A stretch of 64,000 bases of DNA from Pyrinomonadaceae bacterium (GTDB taxonomy: Bacteria; Acidobacteriota; Blastocatellia; Pyrinomonadales; Pyrinomonadaceae). Where the stretch lies: positions 30,669 through 94,668 of the forward strand of contig DATARW010000039.1 in assembly GCA_036263975.1 (NCBI GenBank), written 5' to 3'. The position numbers and the translations under genes were made by a program. Shown here piece by piece: positions 54,342-62,962 of the stretch (position 1 is the first letter of the stretch; every line of letters begins with the position of its first letter). A model generated the notes under the pieces. It was not told the origin of the DNA and ran no database searches. It worked only from the letters and a program-made list of their open reading frames with translations.

Positions 54342-55937
54342 ATGTCGTCTCACGACAACGAACAGAAGCAGAAAAATCCCCACGACCCCGCGAAAGGCAG
54401 AGGAGGAGGGAGTGAGTCACATGCCTCTGAGCAGACCAGGTACGTCTATGAATTCAGTGATTTCAGACTCTACCCGAAGGGCGCGCGCAACTACCGGCTC
54501 ATGCGAAACGGACAGCCCTACAAGATTCGGGACATGCCCTTCCGCCTGCTCTGCGTGCTCGCCGAGAACCACGGGCGGGAGTTAAGCAACGATGAGTTAA
54601 TCAGGCATCTCTGGCCGGACGAGGCCGCGGCCACGGACGACAACTCTTCCTACGTGATTAGGCTGCACACGCAAGTCCGCAACCTGCGGAAGGACGTTGG
54701 GAGAGAGTTGATCGGGTACAGGAAGGGCGGCGGGTATTACGTCAACGTGCCCGTGAATGAGCCGGAGCCGCTGCCTCCGTCGCCGCCGGAGGACGAGTTG
54801 GACTTCGAACGATGGTTAGTCCGCTCGCGCGAGAGTCTGGGCATAAAGCTCTTCATAGGTGCGGGCGTCGCGCTCTCGCTCGTCTGCTTCGCACTCTACC
54901 TCTTCGACCCGAGCCTATTCGGGACGCCCTCCGACAGGGTGGTCGTCACGAGCAGGCTGCTCAGCAGGATTCAACTCGCCATCGTCACCGGCGCGCTGAT
55001 AGCTAGCTTCTGGGTCTTCGACCGGAACCGCAAAGGTTTCCCCACATCGCCGGAGGCCGACGCCGAGTTGATGAGGATTTCCGGCTACTCCGACTGGGAC
55101 AGGTGGGGTAAGGCCAAAGCCGGCGCGCTCAGCTCGATGGGACAGTTCTCGCGCTACTGGAAGCTACTCCTCGGGGCGTGGGTCTTCCTGTACCTTCTGC
55201 TGTCCCTGCCGACCGCGGCGTCCGCCGCCGTGCAAGCTCAAGCGCAGGCCAGCCATCACGCCTTCGACTGGCAGCGCGACGGCAGTAGCATTCTCCTGAC
55301 TGTCTTCAACAACTGTAACTCTTGGATGATCTCTCTATGCTTCATCGTCCTCAATCACCCGACGGTCATCAGGGGCAAGGGTCAGAAGGTTTTGCGCGCG
55401 GCGGCCGGCGCAGACCTCGCCGATGAACCCGGCGCGGAGGGCGAGCAGGACACGAGTCTCCCGCGCTTGAGCAGGCGGATTAGAGTCTGGGGCCTCGCAG
55501 CCGTGATACTGTTCGCGGCGGTCGAGTGCGCGCTCGTCTCCCCCAGCCTCTCGAAGTTGTGGGGCCAGGCGTTGGAGCCCGAGGGCGTGTTGTGGGCAGC
55601 CGATTTCTTCAGCGGAATCGTCGGCGCGATAACGCTCGCATTGTTCGTCGGTCGCATACAGAGCAAATTCCTTGGAACTTCCGCGTGGCTACCGCTCGCC
55701 TTCTTCCTCTACGCGGCGATTCAGTCCCTTTACCCGGCCCTTAACGCGGACGAGCATTGGAAGACGTGGAGCCCGACGATGATTGAGGCGGCGCTGGTTC
55801 TCAAGTGTCTCCTGTATCTCTACGTGGCTTGGCTCTTCAAGTCGGGCCGGCTCCTTTTCTACCTCGTCAAGGTGAGGACGGTCTACGAGCGGGTCAATAT
55901 AGATTGGCACGACTTCCTCGGGAATCTGAACAGATGA
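54342..55937 (+). CDS. Membrane-integral one-component regulator: CadC/OmpR-type winged helix + about 8 TM helices
   Basis: YEFSDFRLYP......RLLCVLAENHGRELSNDELIRHLWPD...VIRLHTQVRNLRKDVG...GGGYYV is a trans_reg_C domain. About 8 hydrophobic helices follow. AAGGAG RBS. Confidence 0.7.
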   Translation: MSSHDNEQKQKNPHDPAKGRGGGSESHASEQTRYVYEFSDFRLYPKGARNYRLMRNGQPYKIRDMPFRLLCVLAENHGRELSNDELIRHLWPDEAAATDDNSSYVIRLHTQVRNLRKDVGRELIGYRKGGGYYVNVPVNEPEPLPPSPPEDELDFERWLVRSRESLGIKLFIGAGVALSLVCFALYLFDPSLFGTPSDRVVVTSRLLSRIQLAIVTGALIASFWVFDRNRKGFPTSPEADAELMRISGYSDWDRWGKAKAGALSSMGQFSRYWKLLLGAWVFLYLLLSLPTAASAAVQAQAQASHHAFDWQRDGSSILLTVFNNCNSWMISLCFIVLNHPTVIRGKGQKVLRAAAGADLADEPGAEGEQDTSLPRLSRRIRVWGLAAVILFAAVECALVSPSLSKLWGQALEPEGVLWAADFFSGIVGAITLALFVGRIQSKFLGTSAWLPLAFFLYAAIQSLYPALNADEHWKTWSPTMIEAALVLKCLLYLYVAWLFKSGRLLFYLVKVRTVYERVNIDWHDFLGNLNR

Positions 55938-56102
55938 TGTCGGCCGACACGTTCAACAAGCTTCAGCCTATGTGGACGAAACGGGCCGTGACCGAAGGGG
56001 CGGGCGCGATCCGCTTGGACTGTCGCGCGTCGGCGACACGATAGAAGACTTTCTCCTGAGCGGCCTCAGCGCAAATAATATGCGCGCCCGTTACCACTCC
56101 TT

Positions 56103-56531
56103 CTACACTCGGGCCTGTTCGACGCCAGAGCCGAGTGCGTCGAACTCGCTACGCAGCGCCTTGAGCGCGTACTTCTCACGGTCGATCTCCTTACGCGTGC
56201 GCACCCCAAGTCTGCTGAACAGGGGTACGGGCGGGCACCAGCCCTGCACCGCGTGCTGGAATAGGAAGGCCGTCACCACGCCTGGCAGTATGAGCCAGCG
56301 CCTCCTCCTTATTGCGCCCAGCAGGACGCCGAGAAAGGCGAGTGCGGCGGCGTTCGTCTCGAGCACCCGCTCCATGTCCCATTCGCGGTCTAACTCTTCG
56401 ATGCGATGCGTGATCCCTTCCTGCCCCCTGGCTGCGTACTCAGTGACCCGCAATTCGGTCTCGCGGTCGATCCGTGCGTTGATCTCGTCCGCGGTGTTTC
56501 TTCGGATGCGGTCGGCGGACCTAGAAGTCAT
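56103..56531 (-). CDS. DUF2892 (YgaP-like membrane domain) protein; its ATG lies inside the IS terminal repeat
   Basis: ADRIRRNT...ELDREWDMERVLETNAA...LQHAVQGWCPP...ALKALR matches the DUF2892 pattern. The remaining 5' part of the 330-aa track ORF is antisense to the transposase. Confidence 0.75.
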   Translation of the reverse strand: MTSRSADRIRRNTADEINARIDRETELRVTEYAARGQEGITHRIEELDREWDMERVLETNAAALAFLGVLLGAIRRRRWLILPGVVTAFLFQHAVQGWCPPVPLFSRLGVRTRKEIDREKYALKALRSEFDALGSGVEQARV

Positions 56532-57391
56532 CCCGAAACCGGTTGACAAGTAGTTGCGATGCGATAGCTTACCAAGTCTATGACTTGGCGAGCCGTGACA
56601 GATAAGCAGTGGAAGCTCATCGAAGCGCAGCTCCCTAAACGCAAGCGCAACCCGCGCGGAGGTCGCCCGCCCGTTGACGACCGCCGCTGCTTTGAAGGCA
56701 TCCTCTGGATTTTGTGGACGGGCGCGCCGTGGAGCGAGTTGCTCGCGAGGTACGGCTCGAAGACGGCGGTGCACCGCCGCCTGAGCCGGTGGGCCGAGTC
56801 CGGCGTGCTGCTCGACCTGTGGCGCGCCTTCCTCGACCAGTTGAATGACCAGAAGAAGATCCGCTGGAACGAGTGCTTCGTGGGCGGCATGTTCGTCACC
56901 GCCAAAAGGGGGCGAGCGTGTGGGCAAGACCAAGCGCGGCAAGGGGACGAAGCTTATGGTTCTGGCAGATGGCGCGGGTCTTGCGCTCGGAGTATGCGTG
57001 GAGGCGGCTTCCCCGGCGGAGGTCAAGCTCCTCGAACGCACGCTCGACAGCGTCAAGGTGAAGCGGCGGCGCGGAGAGAATCGCCGCCCGCACAAGCCTG
57101 AGCGGCTGATCGCCGACCGCGGCTACGACAGCAACCCGGCGCGGGCGCTCTTGGTGAAGCGCGAGATCGAGCCGATCATCCCGGCGCGCTCGAACAACCG
57201 AGTCGCCACGCACCAGGACGGGCGGAAGCTGAGGCGCTACAAGCGCAGGTGGATCATCGAGCGGACGAACTTGTGGCTGCAAAACTTCCACCGCCTCGGG
57301 GCGCGCTACGAGCGGAAGGTCAAGAACTTTGAGGCGCTGGTTCATCTGGCTTGTGCTGTGATCGCGCTCAAACAGGTTTCGGGATGACTTC
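56524..57391 (+). mobile_element. IS5-family insertion sequence (IS427/IS1031-like), 868 bp
   Basis: 17-bp perfect terminal inverted repeats GAAGTCATCCCGAAACC (56524-56540; complement at 57375-57391). Flanking TA/TA lies within CTA...TAG. A two-frame DDE transposase is present. Confidence 0.85.
56580..57387 (+). CDS. IS5-family DDE transposase in two frames (needs a +1 shift at A4G5, 56904-56912)
   Basis: Frame A: MTWRAVTDKQWKLIEAQLP...GILWILWTGAPW...NECFVGGMFVTAK. Frame B: GGERVGKTKRGKGTKLMVLADG...LIADRGYDS...RWIIERTNLWLQNFHRL. The joined product is about 268 aa. Confidence 0.8.
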
Positions 57392-57394
57392 TAG

Positions 57395-58324
57395 TATGAC
57401 GGTACCAAGCTACTCAAATACTGTGTGGCGCTCGCCAATGAGGGCGGCGGGAAGCTCATACTCGGAGTGACGGACAAACTCCCGCGCCGCGTCGTCGGCA
57501 GCCAAGCCTTCCTCAATGTCGAGGAGGTCAAGGCAAGGCTCCTGGATAAGCTGAAGATGCGGGTGGAGGTCGAGGTAGTCGCACACACGCAGGGGCGCGT
57601 CGTGGTCTTCCATGTGCCGCCGCGCCCTGTCGGCACACCGCTGCACCTCGACGGCCAGTACCTGATGCGCGCCGGCGAGGAACTCGTCCCGATGACGCCC
57701 GACAAGCTGCGGCGCATCTTCGACGAAGGCAAGGCCGACTTCCTCGCGCAGACCGCGGCCGCAGGCCTGTCGGCCGACGATGTGGTGCGCCTCTTGGACA
57801 CCCAAGGGTATTTCGACCTCGTCAAGCTGTCTTACCCGGCCGAGCGCGCCGGCGTGCTAGAGCGCTTCGCGAGCGAGAGGCTGGTCAACCCCCGCGAGGG
57901 GCTTTATGACATCACCAACCTCGGCGCGCTGCTCTTCGCCAAAGACTTGGACGAGTTCGACGGGCTCGCACGCAAGGCCCCGCGTGTGATCGCCTATGCG
58001 GGCAAGGGCAAGCTCTCGACGCGCTCCGACCAGTTCGTTCCGAAGGGCTACGCGGTCGGCTTCAAGACCCTCATCCGCTACGTCAACGCGCAGCTCCCCT
58101 CGAACGAAATCATCGGCCGCGCGCTGCGTGAGACCATCCGCATGTACCCGGAGGTCGCGGTGCGCGAGTTGATCGCCAACGTCCTCATCCACCAAGATTT
58201 GAACGAGACGGGGACGTCCGTCGTGATCGAACTCTACTCGGACCGCCTCGAGATCGCCAGCCCCGGCCAGCCGTCTATAAAGACGTAGCGCTTCATAGAC
58301 GGGTACAGGTCCCGCCGGCCATAA
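57395..58324 (+). pseudogene. AlbA_2 + HATPase_c_4 (RecG-like C-terminal) putative DNA-binding protein, 5'-truncated by the IS, with an internal TAG and 3' truncation
   Basis: The reading frame runs directly from the IS boundary (YDGTKLLKYCVALANEGGGKLILGVTD). It continues ...VRELIANVLIHQD...IELYSDRLEIASPG, then TAG at 58286-58288. Homology continues (RFIDGYRSR) and ends at 58324. Confidence 0.75.
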
Positions 58325-59489
58325 ATTTGAAATCGTTGACAACCCTGACCTCCACGTTATTTAATGAATTAGTCGCCGCCCTTCCGCGGCACCGATCTTT
58401 CAGGAGCGATTGCACACGATAATGGCAAACCCGCCGCGAGGCGGGGGCGCAAAGCCGTGAGTCTCCGGGACGGCAACGAGTTTTTTCTGCCCTTGGAGAT
58501 CGTCTGGTTGCCGAAGAGTAGTCAGCATCCGCCACTCTGCATAATCCTCCCTTCGGACTGACCACGTCACCTCCACGCCCCGGCTAACGAGCGCAGCAAC
58601 GCGGCAACGGAACGCGATACGCAATCTCTCATCGGACTTCCCGGCCACAGACTTCCGACCGGTCGAACAGTCAGACGCGCAGGTCTTTGAAACTAAGAGT
58701 GCAGCCGCCAGCAGAGTGCGCGGCGGGAGTGCTGCGGCGCTCGTCCGGCTACCCTTCCCGTTCCGCCTCGGAATTAAAGACAGCCCTTTCCGCCACCGTG
58801 GCCGAAAGGCCGGCTAGGCTATAGGGCCCATGTCGTACGACGAGCAGGCAACGATTCCCCGCAGAGTCATGTCGGACAGGTGCGTAGCGCTAATTCTTGC
58901 CTCCCGAGCGACTGGCTGAAAAAGGATATGATTTTAACGAAATCAGCAAGAATTAGGCGTCTACTAAGGTGGTTACGGCAAGGTTGATGATTTCGACCAT
59001 GGGCGTCGGGGCATCAGTGCGAAGCCCTTGGTCGCGGTGCCCCGTACGCGCCCGGCGACCGGAAATGGCGGAAGCCGCGGCGGCATAAGATTTGTTCCTG
59101 AACCGAGGCGTCCCGGCTAGGGGCGCATTATTGGCGGTTCTTGGCTCTTTTCACACAACGCTGCGTAAATTTCCTCTGTGGGGGAATGAGGCAGCCGTCA
59201 CTATTCAGGTCACGGGTGTGTTAAACCTTGGTTGACAAGGTAAACCGTCACCCGCGCTCCCGAATAGCTTTACCTGAGGCGGGCAGGGTTCTCGCAAATG
59301 AGAGCTTGCGCGAACACGGCGATAAGTATAGACTGCGCTTTCGCGGTCCGGTCAGGCTCATCCAAGATGCGATCACACTTCGTGACCGTCTCGAACCTTA
59401 CGTTTTTCCGCCTCTTACGCGGCGGCCCTTTCAGTGCTTCTCGGCTTCACCCTTAGATTAAGCGACCGCCGTAGCGTGGGGAGGCGAAA
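58325..59489. other. 1.16-kb ORF-free segment rich in tetraloop-capped GC stems (structured RNA or decayed DNA)
   Basis: No credible ORF. Stems include CCCGCC-GCGA-GGCGGG (58430-58445), GGCC-GAAA-GGCC (58800-58811), nested GCAGC/CGCC...GGCG/GCTGC (58701-58735) and the palindrome CGACCGGTCG (58656-58665). Confidence 0.3.
58336..58363 (+). promoter_or_regulatory. Sigma-70-like promoter pointing into the ORF-free region
   Basis: TTGACA (58336-58341), 16-nt spacer, TATTTA (58358-58363). Confidence 0.3.
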
Positions 59490-60074
59490 ATGGATCTTCA
59501 GAAACTGACAAAAAACTACCAGATTTTAAAAGTTGTCACTCATCTTTCTGAAGAGGCGCGACGGGTGATGGACGAGGCTCCCGCGTATTATGTGGAGCGT
59601 GGCAGGTTCAGGCTCATATACGTAGAACCTAAAGATCTTGATCGTGTGACAGGAGAGCTGGGTATTTACGGGGCGCGCGGGTTCGTCTTGGCCGATTACC
59701 TGCTGACCGACCTTATTTATAATGGTACGAAGGTAGGTTTTTCCGTCGTTGATGTTGAACTCGCGAATAACAGAATGTTCAGGACTCTGACGAGGACACT
59801 TATCGGCAGCGGCAGATGGGCGGAACTGCGCGAGTTACTCGAAGGGGCAAAGGAGCCCATAACGGCGGTCGAACTCGAGTACGAGGGGTTCAAACTAAAG
59901 CTGTACGGCTCGGGTATAATAAGTGTTAATGGTCCCGCAAGGGAGTTTGAATTTAGGATTAAAGAAATTCTGGAGCGAGTTACCGACTGCCTTTCGGAAT
60001 CACTCGAAGGCGTCGAATCGGGCCACGCCTTAGCGGTATCTGCTGCCAATATGAGCGAAGCAGCAGTCCGCTGA
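59490..60074 (+). CDS. Hypothetical protein (194 aa, lower G+C, no family recognised)
   Basis: GGAGG RBS 6 nt upstream. AT-rich third codon positions, unlike the core genes. FKLKLYGSGIISVNGPAREFEF is faintly TBP-fold-like, but this is only a weak impression. Confidence 0.6.
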   Translation: MDLQKLTKNYQILKVVTHLSEEARRVMDEAPAYYVERGRFRLIYVEPKDLDRVTGELGIYGARGFVLADYLLTDLIYNGTKVGFSVVDVELANNRMFRTLTRTLIGSGRWAELRELLEGAKEPITAVELEYEGFKLKLYGSGIISVNGPAREFEFRIKEILERVTDCLSESLEGVESGHALAVSAANMSEAAVR

Positions 60075-60380
60075 CTGCGCGCGATTAATTCTGCTCGTCA
60101 GATTTACGACGAGTGGGCGGGACATCCGGAAGAGTCTTAGGACACGGCATATTGGGAAGTGTCCTGCCCAACGCCATCCGGCGCAATTAAATATTTTACT
60201 CCTTCATCTATACCTTTCGTCATCTTCTTAGGCACCGAAGAGGTTAGACCGAGAGGAGTTTCCCTCTCGCTAATACTAAACTCGACCGAGTGATTGTCGG
60301 ATCCGTATCAGAAGGGATCCGGCGATCATCCTTTATTTATGAGGGAGGCATCGTAGCCGTCTCCTCCGGGGCCTCACCTG

Positions 60381-62732
60381 ATGATTTCGCAACTCAAAGA
60401 ATTTTTCACATTAAAGAACTTACTCGGCAACAGCATCATCCCCCTGCTCGCCTTCCTGACCCTAGGATACATCCAGAGGAATGTTTACGACTGGACTAAG
60501 CTGAACAATGCCGGGTATGAGCGAAGCATTGAAATCGGCGGCTACCTTATAATCAACTTTCTACTCTATTCAGTAAGCAGGCCGCTTTTCTGGCTGCGCC
60601 CCCAACTCAAGGTTAAGGTTTATAAAGAAGGCTCGTCCCAGGAACAGCCGGAGACCTCACACGTGTTCGACTTCGCCCACAGAAAGCCGGGCGCCGACAT
60701 CAACAAGACGATGGCCGACATTAACATAGAGTTGGAATTCGTCCCCAACTTCTTAATCAGGCGGCGCGTACAAAAAAAGCGGCACCAGGACTTAGGCATA
60801 AAATTGCTGTGGAGCCCTGACAATCTGTTTTCGTGCGAGAGTCGTCATGCGGGAGACAAAATATTCAGTAAGGTGCTTGATAACGGAATCTACCTTTTCC
60901 CGTTCGGGAAGATGGAGTATTCAAACTTCAGCTTGTATTCATTCCGTTTCGCGCTGGGCACGACCGAGGTGGTCGAGCGGCTGAAGTTAAAGCCGAGGCA
61001 TTTAAACTGGAAGTCCCGACTACTTTTCGGGCTGATCAGCGAGACGGAATTTTTGTTCGACGTCAGAAACTCGGAGCCTCGTATCACCTCACCGGCCACA
61101 GAAGAACGGGCGTCCTCGCCACAAAGCGCCGGCGCTTCGACAGAAGACGGGTCGTCACCGCTGACCGTGCCCGCCCCGAGCACCGGGCGGCACCGACGCG
61201 TTCCGGGTTTAGCGAGCTTTGGAGCCGCTTGGCCGCGGTTAAGCGAGCATAAGGTGCTGAGCTCTGCCGTGACCACGGTGTTGTTCATCGCCCTTCTTTT
61301 TTCTCTCTATTATCTCCGGGGCGGTGAACCTGCCGTTAAGCGGATTAACTCCCTCGCGGTGCTACCTTTCACTTACGAGAAAGCTAATGCCGCGGGGATC
61401 GATGAGTCCGAATACCTGCCGCGGGGGATTCCAGGCAGCATCATCGAAGGCCTATCCAAGGTGCAGGCTTTTAAGATTGCCCGTCTCAACTCGGTCATTC
61501 GTTACAACGGGACAGCCGACCCGCAAAGGGTCGGACAGGAGCTTAATGTACGAGCCGTGATGGTCGGCAAGATAGTTCAGATGGGGGGCCACCATTATCA
61601 GGTCATTACTGACTTGTGGGACACTCAGAGCCGAAACCGCATCGGGGGAGAAACCATAGATTATACGTCTTCAGACCTCCACATCATTCCGGCCAAGATC
61701 GCGCAAGAGATCATCGAGAAACTACAACTCGGCCTGACGCCGGATGAACAAAAAGAGGTGAATGAGACCTTCACGAATAATGCCGAAGCTTTCATGCTTT
61801 ACCTGAAGGGGCGCACCTTCTGGGACAAGAGGGGTGAGGATAATTTAAAGAAGGCCAGTGAGTATTTTAAACAGGCGATAGATAAAGATCAGGACTACGC
61901 CCTCGCATATGCTGGACTGGCGGACTGTAACATCCTGCTCGGATATTACTCGTACCTGAAACCTAAGGATAGCTTTCCGCTGGCGGAAGAGGCCGCGCAA
62001 CACGCGATAAAACTCGACCCGGATCTCGCAGAGGCTCACACGTCGCTCGCTTATGTAACCGGTTTTTATAAATGGGACTGGGGCGGGGCCGACGCGGAGT
62101 TCAATAAGGCCATTAAGCTGGACCCCAATTACGCCACGGCTCACCACTGGTATGCGTTGTTCCTGGCGAGGAGGGGGCAGCCGCAGGCCCACGACCAGAT
62201 CAACACTGCCTTGGACCTTGACCAAAACTCTCTCATCATCAACAGGAGCCTCGGCCTTTTATACTATTATGAAGGCAAATATTCGGACGCCATACAGCAG
62301 TTCCAGAAGACGATAGACATAGACCCTAACTATTCGCAGGCCTACGTCTTGCAGGGGCGGGCTTACGCACTGTCAGGAAACATCGATGAGGCGATTAATT
62401 CAATCACCAAAGCACAGTCCATTGCCCCGGAAGATCCGAGCATCCTGCCGTACCTCGGCTGGGCGTATGCCCTGTCTGGCAACGTAAGAGAGGCCAAAAA
62501 AATACGCGACCAACTCAGGCAAATAGAGGACCGGAGTTACATTTCACCGTTCGATGAGGCGGTGCTATACGTAGGTCTTAAAGACTATCGGGAGGCATTT
62601 AAATTGCTCGACAAGGCATACGACGAGCAGTCCGATAAATTAGTCTCACTCAAAGTAGACCCTATCTTTAATGACCTGCGCACCAATGCTAACTATGCCA
62701 AGCTGCTCAGAGGTATGAATCTTGAGCCGTAA
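60381..62732 (+). CDS. Membrane protein: unknown N-terminal 2-TM + beta-rich domain - P/S linker - TM - TolB_N-like module - TPR repeats
   Basis: SLAVLPFTYE...LPRGIPGSIIEGLSK is the TolB-N-like motif seen in TPR signalling proteins. At least 6 TPR units follow (AEAFMLYLKGR..., ALAYAGLADC..., AEAHTSLAY..., ATAHHWYAL..., SQAYVLQGRAY...). Confidence 0.75.
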   Translation: MISQLKEFFTLKNLLGNSIIPLLAFLTLGYIQRNVYDWTKLNNAGYERSIEIGGYLIINFLLYSVSRPLFWLRPQLKVKVYKEGSSQEQPETSHVFDFAHRKPGADINKTMADINIELEFVPNFLIRRRVQKKRHQDLGIKLLWSPDNLFSCESRHAGDKIFSKVLDNGIYLFPFGKMEYSNFSLYSFRFALGTTEVVERLKLKPRHLNWKSRLLFGLISETEFLFDVRNSEPRITSPATEERASSPQSAGASTEDGSSPLTVPAPSTGRHRRVPGLASFGAAWPRLSEHKVLSSAVTTVLFIALLFSLYYLRGGEPAVKRINSLAVLPFTYEKANAAGIDESEYLPRGIPGSIIEGLSKVQAFKIARLNSVIRYNGTADPQRVGQELNVRAVMVGKIVQMGGHHYQVITDLWDTQSRNRIGGETIDYTSSDLHIIPAKIAQEIIEKLQLGLTPDEQKEVNETFTNNAEAFMLYLKGRTFWDKRGEDNLKKASEYFKQAIDKDQDYALAYAGLADCNILLGYYSYLKPKDSFPLAEEAAQHAIKLDPDLAEAHTSLAYVTGFYKWDWGGADAEFNKAIKLDPNYATAHHWYALFLARRGQPQAHDQINTALDLDQNSLIINRSLGLLYYYEGKYSDAIQQFQKTIDIDPNYSQAYVLQGRAYALSGNIDEAINSITKAQSIAPEDPSILPYLGWAYALSGNVREAKKIRDQLRQIEDRSYISPFDEAVLYVGLKDYREAFKLLDKAYDEQSDKLVSLKVDPIFNDLRTNANYAKLLRGMNLEP

Positions 62733-62744
62733 TTATCTTTAACC

Positions 62745-62962
62745 GCTGATGTCTGGACACATTTAGGAAGTTGTTTGTTTACCGCGTTTACTGGCGCTTC
62801 TAGCAAACCAAATTTGCAGTGTCAAGCGTGCAGCCAAAACCTGTTTTGCTCGACTTTTCAAGCCTGACCTTGCTGAAGTCGTTAAGCGCCCAATTTCTGG
62901 CCGAGCCAAAATCATGTTAACTGCTGCAATTACGTGACTTAAAAATGTGTCCGGACATCAGC
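62745..62962. repeat. MITE-like unit: 20-bp terminal inverted repeats (19/20 match) enclosing 178 bp of AT-richer DNA
   Basis: GCTGATGTCTGGACACATTT (62745-62764) versus AAATGTGTCCGGACATCAGC (62943-62962). Confidence 0.75.

Noticed and set aside
56532-57095. 5' two-thirds of the 330-aa minus-strand ORF 56103-57095
   Set aside because: It is antisense to the IS transposase and Arg/Pro-rich. Only the last 142 codons (from ATG 56531) match the DUF2892 family.
59213-59275. Second IS copy or solo IS end
   Set aside because: Similarity to the inner left end of the 56524-57391 IS is patchy, the terminal GAAGTCATCCCG is missing, and no transposase remnant follows. It is noted only as a possible relic.
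59228-59461. 77-aa plus-strand ORF upstream of the 194-aa orphan gene. The same applies to 48596-48952 (+), 48485-48691 (-), 58293-58565 (-) and 58400-58648 (-).
   Set aside because: These have no RBS, non-ATG or context-poor starts, and no recognisable motifs. Two of them overlap the tRNA fragment or stem-rich RNA-like sequence.
58325-59489. RNase P RNA, tmRNA or group II intron in the ORF-free segment
   Set aside because: I could not find GGAAAGUCCGG / ACAGAAnnCGGCUUA-type RNase P blocks on either strand. I also found no tRNA-like 3' end (GGUUCGAnUCC...CCA) with a tag ORF, and no group II domain V or 5' GUGYG. The segment is left as unclassified.
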